From a virus (taxonomy: Duplodnaviria > Caudoviricetes): a stretch of 64,000 nucleotides of DNA. The position numbers and the translations under genes were made by a program. The stretch is from the IMG/VR virus record IMGVR_UViG_3300027969_000040; one strand, written 5' to 3'. Positions 9,075-20,284 of the stretch are shown here, one piece after another; position 1 is the first letter of the stretch, and every line of letters begins with the position of its first letter. The notes beneath the pieces are model-generated. The model did not search any database. It had not been told where the DNA came from and saw nothing but the letters and a program-made list of their open reading frames with translations.

Positions 9075-12000
9075 TAAGAAACCATCTTGCTTGGTGGAGT
9101 GAATGCACCGGTGTATCTGGCCACGCTCTTGGTTACACGTAAATCATCAATGTAACCGTTGAAATAGTTGGATATTGTTGCACCGCCGCTGTAGCCGGCT
9201 CCGATATTCACTATGCTTGCACTTATATATGCGGTAGTATCAGCCCATGGGGTTCCAGCTACTACACCATTTATATACAAAGTAGTGGTATTAACATAAC
9301 GAACTAGAGCAATATGATACCATGTATTAATAGCAATTGCGCTGGCTGCGCTGGTAATCCTGTCTGCTGTGCTGACATAATATCTAACAGTTCCATCACT
9401 GCTTAAATAGATAAGATGATACGCCCCGTTAGTTGATGCCGGTCTGGTGTCAAATAACTGTGCAGAAGTACCCGGTAGTGCTGCGGCACGCATCCAAAAT
9501 TCGATAGTAAAATCGGATACAGCACCAAAGTTAAACTTGACATCCGAGTAGGGTACTGTTAGGTAGTTACTAGATCCGTTAAAATAAACAGATCCTGTGC
9601 CATACCGGTAAACTGAGTTGACTACTTGTGCTGCGCCTGCTACACTTCTGATCGCGCTCCTCGACGAGGGATCGTTAATAGCAGAAGTTACAGTATTGCC
9701 AATTAATAATGCAGTATTTGCAACCGTAGTCGGAGGGGCCGCAGGTGGTGTAAATGCACTGGTGTACAGTGCAGTACCGTTGACTAATCGAATACCGCCT
9801 ATATAGCCATTGAAAAATAGTGTATTGCTACCAGTTTGACGACCAATACTGCCGCCTGTGGTGGTACCCGCAACACCAAAACTGTCAGCTATTGTACCTT
9901 GGGCATAGACTGCTCCGTTAACATATATAGTTATTTGGTTTGTGCCGGTCCCGGTACGAACTACAGCCACATGATAAAATTGATTTGGTAATAGTGCAAC
10001 AGTTCCGGTTACATATACTGTGGTACTAACACCGGTAGCATAACCAAATTGTAAAAGTCCAGTTGCACTAAATCCCAGCTGCCATTGCCCAGTTTGGAAT
10101 GCTGCTGCAATACCAATAAAGTTGTCAATTAATTTAGGCTGTGCAGTTAGTAGACCAAAAGAATAAAACCAACATTCTAATGTAAAATTGCTTATGCCCA
10201 ATACCAACGAGCTAGCCGGTAAATTTAAATAATCTGCGGTACCATTTAGTACCACAGTTCCGCCGTATGCAGAATTTGACCAGCTGCCAGCTGGTGGATA
10301 TGGTGAAAAGTTTTCAACAGTGGGTGTACCTGCCCTGGTTAATGTTCTAGCATAAACTGATCGATCCACTGCATAGCTATCTTTTAAAGTTAATAAACTA
10401 GTACCAGCTGCAAACGGACTTGCCGTCGACACTGTAGCCAAATTATTGACCATTGCATATGCATTAACACTAGAATCTACAACAGTAGCATTACCAGCAG
10501 CGAGCAAATTGGTAATACCAGTACCAAACGGATTAACAAGTGCCGTGGTAGTTGGTGGCCCTACATTGGTTAAAGTAAATGCATAAGGTCCAGAATCAGT
10601 GAGAGTGCTAGATCTTGCTGCAAGTAAATTAGTATAACCAAAAGGAACAGATGATCCGCCACTGTTAAAAGCAGGATTGCCAGTGGCAGTTATTGAAATG
10701 GCATTGGTACTATTATCAATTGCAGTAGCTGATTGTGCAGTTAAAAATATAGTATTAGCGATAGCAGTTAATGATGTTGTTGGCGGTAGGAAATTAACTG
10801 TAGTATATAGTGCAACACCACTTAGAATTCTAAGATTACTTATGTAGCCGATAAACGGAAACGGATTAGAATCTGCGTATCTACTACCCAATCGAACAGT
10901 GTCGGACAAATTAGAAAATGTAGAAGTCATTGAGCTGATAAACGTACCATTGACAAAAGCAAATAATCTATTAGATTGCATGGTTAATACAACATGTGTC
11001 CAAGTACTAGTCGGTAATGTCCACGAAATAAAATTTACACCTGCGCTATTTGCATTAGCAATACCGGCACCGTTACGTGCAAGTATAAATCCTGATGTTG
11101 TTTGAGTTGTACTAGTTACAATACCTGCTAGACTATCAGCTGCAGGGTCAACCCATACCCAACACTCTACTGTAAAGTCGCCGGTGCCTATAACAAAACT
11201 ATTACTAGTAGCAGTCAAGTAACTGCTACCATTGAAATATACGCTATAAGGAACAACGGGTTGTGTTATTGTTGTTAGTCCTACAGTAGGAACAGTAAAA
11301 GCAATAGATTGATATATTGCTGCACCTTTTGTTATTCGAAGATTTGTCAAATAACCTGCCCAAGACGATACAGTTGTTGCGCTCCATGAGCCAATTGCCG
11401 TCAATCCAGCTGAATAGTTGTCAAGATTGGCAGCACTTGCCATTGCTTGGCCATTGATATATATTGTTATTATTCCACTAGCTCTTACCGCAGCTACATG
11501 TGCCCATGTATTAATTGTTATAGTATTAGTAGGAGTAGTAATTAATAATATATTATTAACCGAGTAAAATACAACTGCGCCAGTTGCATTGTTAACACCA
11601 ATCCGATATGTACCTGCACCCGACCCAGTTCCAACAAAATAAGTTGGCCCAGTGGTTGTTGTATAATAGATCCATGCTTCAATGGTGAAATCCCCGGTAC
11701 CCATTTGTAATGCTACATTGTCTGGTACTGTTGAATATGCTGGTAAAGAATTAAGTGCTGGCGCTATGTCGGCAGATACAACAAGGTTGGTATTAGTCAC
11801 AGTTAGACTATAGCCCCCGGTATCGGTGATATATCCTGCTGTACCGTTTAATAGCAATGACGTATAACTCAAATTTGGTATTGCCGCAGAAGGATTGCCA
11901 TTCTGATTAGCAATTTGTGTACTAGTCAATTGGCCTGTGGAAACAACAAAATTGCTGGTATATACAGCTAGACCTTTAACAATACGGAAATTAGAAATAT

Positions 12001-15000
12001 AACCTGCAAAGGGAAGAAGATTGCCGTCGGAATTAGCACCAATCGTTAATAAATTATTACCAGTATTACTCATAACGGCAGCCAGAGATACAGGAGTTTG
12101 TGATACCCCATTTACATATGCAGTTATTGTATTTCCGTTACGCACTAATGCAAAATGATACCAAGTAGATATCACAAAGGTGCCAATTATGGTTTGTGCT
12201 GCCGCTGCGCCGGATCCACCGTTGCCCAAGGTCCATGTTCCAGTTCCGGCATTGATATTAAAAATATATGAAGGATTCACGGTGCCAGTTGCGCCACCTT
12301 TTCCAAATATTACACGATTAGATGCAACACTGGTAAGATAAAACCAAGTCTCTATGGTCCAATTTAGAGCACCGGTTGCTAAATCTAAAGCATCGCCTGT
12401 AGTTCCTGTAATAGATATATACTGGGTTGTACCATTGAAACTTAAACTACTTGCTAGCAGTGCAAAATTAGTACTATAATTAGTTGTAACATTGGAAATT
12501 GCTGTAGTTGATGGAGTAAAGTTTGCTGTGTACAGGGCTTGTCCATTTGTTACACGTAGGTTAGAAATATGTCCAGTGAATTTGCCACCTGTGCCTGACC
12601 ACCCACCAATGACTGTAGTATTAGCTGTGGTTCCCCATGTTCCAGTCTGGGCAATAGTACCAACATTATTTCCTGCCAGGTATACTGTTACCGTATTTGA
12701 TCGATTTACAAAAGCTATGTGTGTCCAAGTATTTAAACTTGGTGTTGTTGCTGTTACTGTTTGATAGCTAAGGCCATTTCTTGCTGCTACAATATATCCA
12801 GCATTAGTAATACCCCAAGTTTGATAACTAGTAACTCCCACATTACCACTAATAATATTAACTGAGGTAGCGTATGTAATACCAGTTGCAACAGCGGTCA
12901 TGTAGATCCATGCTTCGACTGTGTAGTCACTAGTTAATGTTGTTACTACTGCCAATGGCGCTGCCAAATAAGAAGTAGTACCATTGAATAATACACTGTA
13001 TGTGCCGGTGCCTGCCACAGTGGTTAGTGGCGCAATTGGTTGTACTGTAGACTGGACACCTTTATCAATTTGTAAATTAGATATGTATCCCGAAAAATAT
13101 GCAGTACCAGCCGGATTTCTACCAATATTTAATGTGTTAGTCGGCGCCGCAGTATTGTACACAAACGATGGTAAGCTACTTGAGCCAGCTGCTAGACCGT
13201 TAATATAAAAACCAACTGTTTTTGTATTAGCTGTAAAAGTAACCGCTATGTAGTTCCACTGGTTTAATACTACTACCGGATTTGAATTAAATGCCGGGTT
13301 GGTAACGGCGCTACCAGTGGCATTAAAGAACACCACGGACATGCTGCCAGTTACACCACCATAGGTGGTATTGTTAAGTTCAATACTGATCCCAGTTTGA
13401 CCGGCCACATTGGTTGTGGCTAGCGGAACCATTAGTGATGAGCTTCTTGGATATATCCAAAATCTCACAGTCCAATCTTCAATACCATTGTGTAAGAATG
13501 CCCACTCGATGGCAGTGCTCGCTGTGTAGTAGTCAGTGGATCCGTTGAATTGATAACTCCAACCAGTTACAAACGGATTCACTGCGCCTTGTGTAGCAGT
13601 ACCTGCTCTAACAATTAAATAGTTATTAAAGCTGTTGTCCGAGAAGAAATTGTTATTATTTGATACGTTGTACTGACTGGTCAATACACTGGTACCGGCA
13701 TAGGCAGTAAATGGATTGTTCACGCTAACGCCGGTTACACCTTGGTTGGTAATAGCAATAGCGCCGCCGCTGGTGTCAACAATAGTTCTAGACTGAGCTA
13801 TTAGCAAGCTGGTGGTACTGGTGAATGGATTAACTGCAATACTGGTTACTGTACCGGTATTGGTGATGGACACTGGCAGTGTACTATTGTCTACAATGGT
13901 TGCCGCTTGCGCAGTTAATACTATTACATAAGCTGGAATTTGTGTGGAGTCGGTAGCAATTGAAATGCCACCAACATTAGTTATTGCTGCTGAATTTGCA
14001 CTATTATCTATAATAGTATTATTTTGCAAAGTTAACAAGCTGGCCTGTGTTCCAGTCACGGCAGCAATATTACTGCTGGCATTTTGTATAGTAGATAATT
14101 GAATGGTAGGTGGTGTAAAGTTGCCAGTGTAGACTGCGACATCTTTTACAATTCTGAAATTACTAATATAGCCATTCCAGAATTGGTCGCCCGATGCACC
14201 ATCTGATTTACCGATATACCCTGGAGCAGTAGTATGTGAAATAGTTCCAGCATAGGTATAGACTGTACCGCCCACACCATTTTGATATATCCTAAATGAA
14301 CTGCCACTTCTAACCAATGCTACATGGTACCAAGTGTTTGTTGTTAGTGCTGGTAAACCAAAATCAAGATTAGAATCAATTGCCCATGATGTACCAGATG
14401 AACTAGCAATTTGCATGACTAATTTATTTGTGGTATTAAGTACACGAAATATTACACCAATGTATTGTAGTAATTCTCTCTTACCAAATATACCGTTTTG
14501 ACCGTTTAATACAGTAGTATATACCCATGCTTCAATAGTAAAATCACCAGTACTAAGATTAATTGCAGTTGAATGTGGTACAGTCAAATACTGTGTACTA
14601 CCATTAAAACTTGCATAGTAATATTTTGGTGGTAAGGTTGGTGTTAGTAAAGATGCTGTTGTGCCGCCAACGTTGGTGATTGTGTTTACATATGCACTTG
14701 CATCTGTTATAGCTGCGCCTTGTAATGTTAACATGCTGGTTTGCAATCCGGTGATAGCTGCTATGTTACTACTAGAACTTTGTGTAGTTGCCAGTGGCAA
14801 GGTTGGTACTGTAAAGTTGCCAGTGTATACTGCTACTCCTTTAACTACACGTAAATTAGTAATATAACCATTAAAAATGTAGCCAGGTGATAATGGAACA
14901 TTACCATCTGTACCAATTATTGGTCTATTAGTGCCGTTTAACCAATTTGTAGTACTGGTGCCGCTAGAGGATTGTACACCATTGATATATGTAGTCTGAG

Positions 15001-18000
15001 TTGTACCACTCCTACAAATCGCAATGTGATACCAAGTGTTAAGAGAAATTGTACCGTTAAAAATTTCACCAGCAGGACCTACACCAAAACATACATGACT
15101 AGCACCGCTACCGGTTCCAGCCGGTCGAGAATCATATAACCATCCATTAGTTGCAGAACGAGCATTTTGATATATCCACATTTCAATTGTGAAATCACCA
15201 GTGCCAAAAGCAAATTGCGAATTGGTTCCTGGTACATATAGATATTGTGTCAAACCATTGAACACTCCACTGTACGCGGCGGCATAGTTGATAGCAGCAG
15301 ATGGTAATCCATTTTGATTGGCTGTTTGTACGTTAGTCAACGAGGCTGTAGCTGGCGTAAACGTAGTAGTGTAAACTGCTATGCTTTTAACAAGCCTGAA
15401 ATTGCTTATATAGCCAGTGAATGGTTGTGTACCTGCGCTGGATGCTCCAATGGATATGGTATTTGTTGCAGCATAAAGACTGGGTGTACCACTTGAATAT
15501 GTCACAACCGAAGTACCATTTAGGTATAGGGTAAATATATCGCCATTTCTGACAAACGCCAGGTGATTCCATTGATTTAACGCTATAACCGAGCTTGATA
15601 CACTATCTGTTAGTACTGTCGACCCGTCAACGGATAACAAAAATCTAGCAAACCCACTGACATTATTACTGGTCATGACAACCCAAGACAGAGTTGTACC
15701 GCCAGTAGATCCAGACCATTGTCCAAAAAATATATTTTGTGCTGTCCAAGCTATAGATCTATAAACCCAAGCTTCGGCAGTAAAATTATCTGTACCAAAT
15801 TGGAATGTTGTACTAGTAGGAATTGTCAAATAGTTACTACCACTAAACGAATAGCTGTAGGATGCTGAGCCGGCACCAACAATGGCCCGTGATGGTACAC
15901 CATTTTGATTAGCTGTCTGTGATGATGTCAATGCTGTAGTAGCGGGCGTAAAGTTGGCTGTGTAAATGGCCACACCTTTTACCAATCTCATGTTGCTAAT
16001 ATAGCCAGGGAAATAGTAAGTAGTACCTTGGCCATCAAGTCCAAAGCCCACCGACAATAGCGCAGTGGACGCTGTGATACTAGCCGGGGCTGCAACCGAA
16101 CTAACCAACGACCCATTGAGATAAACATTAGAGTTTGCAGTTGATTTGACCCATGCTACATGGTACCAGGTATTGGCTGCAATTACACTAGACGGCGATG
16201 ATTGAAATAGTGTAGTGTTATAATCTACACGTATGTTGCCACTCATTGTACGCATCTGGAATGCTTTACCACCGGCAGTGGTCCACAAACTCACAATGCT
16301 TGCATTGGCTCTAGTTATATCTGTAACATATATCCAAGTTTCAACTGTAAACTCAGCTGCGCCAAATACATACCCGGTATTATTTGGCGCAGTCAAATAT
16401 TGGTTAACACCATTCAAATACACACTGTAATTTTTTACCACTGGCTGATCAATTGCAGTAATATTAGTTCCAGATGCTTGTGTTGATGTCAGTGATGACG
16501 TAGACGGCGTAAAATTACCAGTATAGACCGCAATGCCTAATACTTTACGGAAGTTGCTAATATAGCCGGTCCAATATAAACCCGGTGTGGTTCCTGCACC
16601 ACTACCAATTGACAATGGTGCCACATTAGTATGTACATTTCCTGCAACTGTTGCAGTACCGCTTATATTACCATTGACCCATACCGACCACGTATTACTG
16701 GATTTAGTAACTGCTACGTGATTCCATAGTCCGGCCTTAATAGACGCATTTGATGTAATCGCCACCGTCCAAGTTGCACCATCTGTACTGGCATTGAATA
16801 CTGGTGCCAGTGTACTTGCAAATGCCAATTGGTAACCAGAAAATAATGCTGTTGTGCCACGCTTGGCAAATACAGCTCCAGTAGGAGTAGTCAGCGTAGT
16901 CCATATCCAAGCTTCTAGTGTAGTATTCAATACTCCAATATTAAACTCAGGTGCATCTGCAATGGTAAAGTAATCTGTAGTACCGTTAAAATAAGTTGAA
17001 CCCAGTGTAGCATTATCGCCAGACAATGTTAACGCACTAGCAAACGGCGCACGAGCTTGAGTGGGTCTGATGGCAGCATTGGTATTTGTTAAAGTTAAAT
17101 TATTTCCAGAATTGTCAACAAACGTGCTATTCTGCAATGCTAATAATTTAGTTTGACCGGCTGTGATTGCAGCTGACGGAAATCCGTTTACGTTTAAATC
17201 TTGTACGGCTGTCAACGGCACAGTTGATGGTGTAAAGTTGCCAGTGACAATTACCAGCGTGCCTTTAACTACACGAATGTTGGTAATGTATCCAACGAAT
17301 GGTCTGCTGGGTCCATTTATCCAAGCACCTATATAGGTTTGGAAGCTGGCAGACCAGTTGACTGATACAGTTGACACTGCTACCGAACCGCTGAGTCCGG
17401 CGGTCCTATACAACGACAATGTGGTACCTGTGCGTATTAATCGATAATAGTACCAAATATTTGGTGATAGTACACCTGCAGATTCTGTGATAGTATAAGC
17501 AGTAACTCCTGAATATATGGTTGCAGTCATTGCAGCATTATTCATTTCAAGTACGATGCCTTCGTCTGCATTGCTAGCGATTGTGCTATTTGAAATGGAG
17601 AATACTCGCTGTAGTCCAACTACGGTAGTTGGATATATCCAAAGATCTACTGCAAAGTCGCCAGCACCGACTTGGAAGGCAGCGTTATTTGCCACCTGTA
17701 GATACTGTATGTTTAGACTTTGATCTGTGGTCAGCGTATTAGGAAAACTTCTGCCTGGTCCCCATATTATACGTACTGCGCCTTGGCCTCCATAACCACC
17801 TATAGGTGCTTGGCCGCTGTTATCACTGCCACCACCACCGCCACCACCAAAATCGCCGCCAGGATTATATCCCAGTGTAGTTATGCCGCCGGGTGCTCCT
17901 ACTGCCCAACCACGGGCGCCGCCACCATTGCCAGTACCGAATGGTGTTGTTAATCTATAGATAACTCCGGTATTGGTTATGGTGTTAGGTGTTGTGCTCA

Positions 18001-20272
18001 AATCAGTTATGTATGCCGCACTGTTTGCAGACAACAATAATAGCGATGTTGCACTGGCACTGGCAATTGCTTGAATGTTAAGTATTGGGTTACCAGTCTG
18101 GGTAGCAGTCAGTGGCGCAGTGGGTGGTGTGAAGTTGCCTGTATAGACTGCAACACCTTTGACTATACGTGCATTAGTTATGTATCCAGAAAAGACGTTA
18201 CTAGAATCATTTGTTTGTCTACCAATTGATATTCCACCAGTGGTACCAAAGGCTTGGGTCAATGCTCCTGGGCTGGTTGCTGCAAGCACGCCGTTTACAT
18301 AAATTTTTAAGTTTCCAACGGCAGAGCCCGAACGAACCACAGCAATATGATACCAAGAGTTTATAGTCACTGCCGATGCTGCTGTGCCAAAAAAGGTAGC
18401 AGCGGAGGCGGCAGTGGCATAACCAAGAGCAACTGCTCCAGTAGTTAACAATTGAAGTTGGCATTGGCCAACGATGTATGATCCGGATGCATTGCTAAAT
18501 AGATCAATAGTTTGTTGAGTAGCAGCCAAACTTCTTGTATATATCCAACATTCTATGGTGAAATCACCAGTTCCAAAACTAAATGCTGCATTGGCAGGCA
18601 CAGTCAAATAACTACTAGAACCATTGAAAAATAGGGCGCCACCAGGTGCATAGTCGGCCGATCCACCAAAAGTTTCTTGGTTTAGCCCAGGTGCTGCATT
18701 ACCACTGGTTCCTTGCCCAAGTACGCCAACACCGCCGCCACCGGTGCCGATGGGGTAAGGTGCATTGCCAGCATAATACCCCAAGCCGCCGCCAGCGCCT
18801 CCGCCTGTACCTGCTGTAGTAACGTTACCAGTTGGCCCAAACATGCCGTTACCGCCTGCACCAGTGTATCCACCACCTCCGCCCCCGCCGGCAGTAGCGA
18901 ATGTGGCTCCAGTGGCTGTTGTTCCGCCAGTACCACCGAGGCCGCCGCCATCACCGAGAAATGATCCGCCAGCGCCGCCGGTGTTATTAATGGCGCCGCT
19001 GCCGCCAACACCTAAAACAGTTGTTCTATTAATGAAGTAACTGTCGCCGCCGGCACCACCTATGCTCACACCACCGCTGCCTAATGAACTTGGGCCACCA
19101 ATCCCTCTTGAACCAACAACAACAGTATAACTGGTTCCTGGTGTTACTGAGATGTTATTTCGCCATCCCAGGCCACCCCCGCCACCGCCCTCGCCACCAG
19201 AGTAGCCATTGTGTCCACTCCAGCCTGAGTTGCCACCGCCACCTGCACCAACGGCTACCGCCGACACACTGGTAACACCCGCAGGGCATACCCAAGTTGC
19301 ATTGCTGGTAAACAATTGTTGATAAACCAAATTGGCAGTTACTAGACTACCACCAGCGTCCACAGGTGTTAGTGTGCTGTAGGTGATTGGATACGTTGCT
19401 GGGTTGAGCACTGTAAATGCATTGGCACTGGAATCTGTGATATAGGTTGGCGCAGAAGTTACATTTAGTAATAGCGATGTTCCTGTTACATTGGCAGCCA
19501 GGGTAGTTGGCACTGATGCTCCATATAGTGCAACACCGTTGACAAATCTAAAGTTATTAATGTATCCATTAAAGAATTGACCAGTGTTGCTATTTCCAAT
19601 CATTAGCACGTTGTCTGTCCAGCTGACTGTTTGAGTTGCACTATTTGTTAATGTGCCATTCATCCAACAGGCATGTACATTTGCACGTCTGGTATAAGCG
19701 ACATGCATCCAACTGTTAGTTGGTATGCTTCCAGCCGACCCCGGAAGTCCAGCACTTGGTGGTACTACCCAATTACTACTGTTACTACGTATACCCATGC
19801 CATTAGCGTTACTGATAAACCAGTGCCACCCAGCATTACTACCACCTGCGGTTGTGCTGGCAATTGCTTCAGTTGCCGTACCGGGTGTGCTAATATATAT
19901 CCAGCATTCTGCTGTAAAATCTCCCACTCCGGTGGCAAAAGCAGCAGAGTTTGCGGCTGTTGTTAATTGAGCAGCACCACCAAAATAGACTGGATAGTTA
20001 AGACCAGTAGTTGGCAAGAATGGATTGTTTAAATCTGGGCGAGCAGAGCCAGCTGGGACAACGGTTAGTGCGTTTGAACTAGCATCGGTATTGTATACTG
20101 GTGCTGTGGTATCAGCTTGTATTTCTAAAATAACACTTTTTCTATAGGGATCATTTGTGGTCCAAGTATCTGCACCTGTATATTTGGCAGTGTCGGCCGT
20201 GGACCAAACTCCACCATCTGCTGGATATATTGTAGTTGAAGTTATTAGTCCACCTGGGAATTTTTTTGCCAT
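9074..20272 (-). CDS. Giant multi-LamG (concanavalin A-like) putative receptor-binding protein (3732 aa) with one glycine-rich domain
   Basis: 15 copies of the core (D/N)(F/W/Y)T(I/V)E-x-W...GYISN(F/L)R-x-x-KG-x-A-x-YT-x-NFTP counted in the translation; GGGGG-rich domain at about aa 320-860. Confidence 0.9.
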   Translation of the reverse strand: MAKKFPGGLITSTTIYPADGGVWSTADTAKYTGADTWTTNDPYRKSVILEIQADTTAPVYNTDASSNALTVVPAGSARPDLNNPFLPTTGLNYPVYFGGAAQLTTAANSAAFATGVGDFTAECWIYISTPGTATEAIASTTAGGSNAGWHWFISNANGMGIRSNSSNWVVPPSAGLPGSAGSIPTNSWMHVAYTRRANVHACWMNGTLTNSATQTVSWTDNVLMIGNSNTGQFFNGYINNFRFVNGVALYGASVPTTLAANVTGTSLLLNVTSAPTYITDSSANAFTVLNPATYPITYSTLTPVDAGGSLVTANLVYQQLFTSNATWVCPAGVTSVSAVAVGAGGGGNSGWSGHNGYSGGEGGGGGGLGWRNNISVTPGTSYTVVVGSRGIGGPSSLGSGGVSIGGAGGDSYFINRTTVLGVGGSGAINNTGGAGGSFLGDGGGLGGTGGTTATGATFATAGGGGGGGYTGAGGNGMFGPTGNVTTAGTGGGAGGGLGYYAGNAPYPIGTGGGGVGVLGQGTSGNAAPGLNQETFGGSADYAPGGALFFNGSSSYLTVPANAAFSFGTGDFTIECWIYTRSLAATQQTIDLFSNASGSYIVGQCQLQLLTTGAVALGYATAASAATFFGTAASAVTINSWYHIAVVRSGSAVGNLKIYVNGVLAATSPGALTQAFGTTGGISIGRQTNDSSNVFSGYITNARIVKGVAVYTGNFTPPTAPLTATQTGNPILNIQAIASASATSLLLLSANSAAYITDLSTTPNTITNTGVIYRLTTPFGTGNGGGARGWAVGAPGGITTLGYNPGGDFGGGGGGGSDNSGQAPIGGYGGQGAVRIIWGPGRSFPNTLTTDQSLNIQYLQVANNAAFQVGAGDFAVDLWIYPTTVVGLQRVFSISNSTIASNADEGIVLEMNNAAMTATIYSGVTAYTITESAGVLSPNIWYYYRLIRTGTTLSLYRTAGLSGSVAVSTVSVNWSASFQTYIGAWINGPSRPFVGYITNIRVVKGTLVIVTGNFTPSTVPLTAVQDLNVNGFPSAAITAGQTKLLALQNSTFVDNSGNNLTLTNTNAAIRPTQARAPFASALTLSGDNATLGSTYFNGTTDYFTIADAPEFNIGVLNTTLEAWIWTTLTTPTGAVFAKRGTTALFSGYQLAFASTLAPVFNASTDGATWTVAITSNASIKAGLWNHVAVTKSSNTWSVWVNGNISGTATVAGNVHTNVAPLSIGSGAGTTPGLYWTGYISNFRKVLGIAVYTGNFTPSTSSLTSTQASGTNITAIDQPVVKNYSVYLNGVNQYLTAPNNTGYVFGAAEFTVETWIYVTDITRANASIVSLWTTAGGKAFQMRTMSGNIRVDYNTTLFQSSPSSVIAANTWYHVAWVKSTANSNVYLNGSLVSSVAAPASITASTALLSVGFGLDGQGTTYYFPGYISNMRLVKGVAIYTANFTPATTALTSSQTANQNGVPSRAIVGAGSASYSYSFSGSNYLTIPTSTTFQFGTDNFTAEAWVYRSIAWTAQNIFFGQWSGSTGGTTLSWVVMTSNNVSGFARFLLSVDGSTVLTDSVSSSVIALNQWNHLAFVRNGDIFTLYLNGTSVVTYSSGTPSLYAATNTISIGASSAGTQPFTGYISNFRLVKSIAVYTTTFTPATASLTNVQTANQNGLPSAAINYAAAYSGVFNGLTQYLYVPGTNSQFAFGTGDFTIEMWIYQNARSATNGWLYDSRPAGTGSGASHVCFGVGPAGEIFNGTISLNTWYHIAICRSGTTQTTYINGVQSSSGTSTTNWLNGTNRPIIGTDGNVPLSPGYIFNGYITNLRVVKGVAVYTGNFTVPTLPLATTQSSSSNIAAITGLQTSMLTLQGAAITDASAYVNTITNVGGTTASLLTPTLPPKYYYASFNGSTQYLTVPHSTAINLSTGDFTIEAWVYTTVLNGQNGIFGKRELLQYIGVIFRVLNTTNKLVMQIASSSGTSWAIDSNLDFGLPALTTNTWYHVALVRSGSSFRIYQNGVGGTVYTYAGTISHTTAPGYIGKSDGASGDQFWNGYISNFRIVKDVAVYTGNFTPPTIQLSTIQNASSNIAAVTGTQASLLTLQNNTIIDNSANSAAITNVGGISIATDSTQIPAYVIVLTAQAATIVDNSTLPVSITNTGTVTSIAVNPFTSTTSLLIAQSRTIVDTSGGAIAITNQGVTGVSVNNPFTAYAGTSVLTSQYNVSNNNNFFSDNSFNNYLIVRAGTATQGAVNPFVTGWSYQFNGSTDYYTASTAIEWAFLHNGIEDWTVRFWIYPRSSSLMVPLATTNVAGQTGISIELNNTTYGGVTGSMSVVFFNATGSAVTNPAFNSNPVVVLNQWNYIAVTFTANTKTVGFYINGLAAGSSSLPSFVYNTAAPTNTLNIGRNPAGTAYFSGYISNLQIDKGVQSTVQPIAPLTTVAGTGTYSVLFNGTTSYLAAPLAVVTTLTSDYTVEAWIYMTAVATGITYATSVNIISGNVGVTSYQTWGITNAGYIVAARNGLSYQTVTATTPSLNTWTHIAFVNRSNTVTVYLAGNNVGTIAQTGTWGTTANTTVIGGWSGTGGKFTGHISNLRVTNGQALYTANFTPSTTAISNVTTNYSTNFALLASSLSFNGTTQYISITGTTGDALDLATGALNWTIETWFYLTSVASNRVIFGKGGATGTVNPSYIFNINAGTGTWTLGNGGSGAAAAQTIIGTFVISTWYHFALVRNGNTITAYVNGVSQTPVSLAAVMSNTGNNLLTIGANSDGNLLPFAGYISNFRIVKGLAVYTSNFVVSTGQLTSTQIANQNGNPSAAIPNLSYTSLLLNGTAGYITDTGGYSLTVTNTNLVVSADIAPALNSLPAYSTVPDNVALQMGTGDFTIEAWIYYTTTTGPTYFVGTGSGAGTYRIGVNNATGAVVFYSVNNILLITTPTNTITINTWAHVAAVRASGIITIYINGQAMASAANLDNYSAGLTAIGSWSATTVSSWAGYLTNLRITKGAAIYQSIAFTVPTVGLTTITQPVVPYSVYFNGSSYLTATSNSFVIGTGDFTVECWVWVDPAADSLAGIVTSTTQTTSGFILARNGAGIANANSAGVNFISWTLPTSTWTHVVLTMQSNRLFAFVNGTFISSMTSTFSNLSDTVRLGSRYADSNPFPFIGYISNLRILSGVALYTTVNFLPPTTSLTAIANTIFLTAQSATAIDNSTNAISITATGNPAFNSGGSSVPFGYTNLLAARSSTLTDSGPYAFTLTNVGPPTTTALVNPFGTGITNLLAAGNATVVDSSVNAYAMVNNLATVSTASPFAAGTSLLTLKDSYAVDRSVYARTLTRAGTPTVENFSPYPPAGSWSNSAYGGTVVLNGTADYLNLPASSLVLGISNFTLECWFYSFGLLTAQPKLIDNFIGIAAAFQTGQWQLGFSATGLLQFGYATGVSTTVYVTGTVALLPNQFYHVAVVRTGTGTNQITIYVNGAVYAQGTIADSFGVAGTTTGGSIGRQTGSNTLFFNGYIGGIRLVNGTALYTSAFTPPAAPPTTVANTALLIGNTVTSAINDPSSRSAIRSVAGAAQVVNSVYRYGTGSVYFNGSSNYLTVPYSDVKFNFGAVSDFTIEFWMRAAALPGTSAQLFDTRPASTNGAYHLIYLSSDGTVRYYVSTADRITSAASAIAINTWYHIALVRYVNTTTLYINGVVAGTPWADTTAYISASIVNIGAGYSGGATISNYFNGYIDDLRVTKSVARYTGAFTPPSKMVS

Positions 20273-20284
20273 TATTGATCCATT

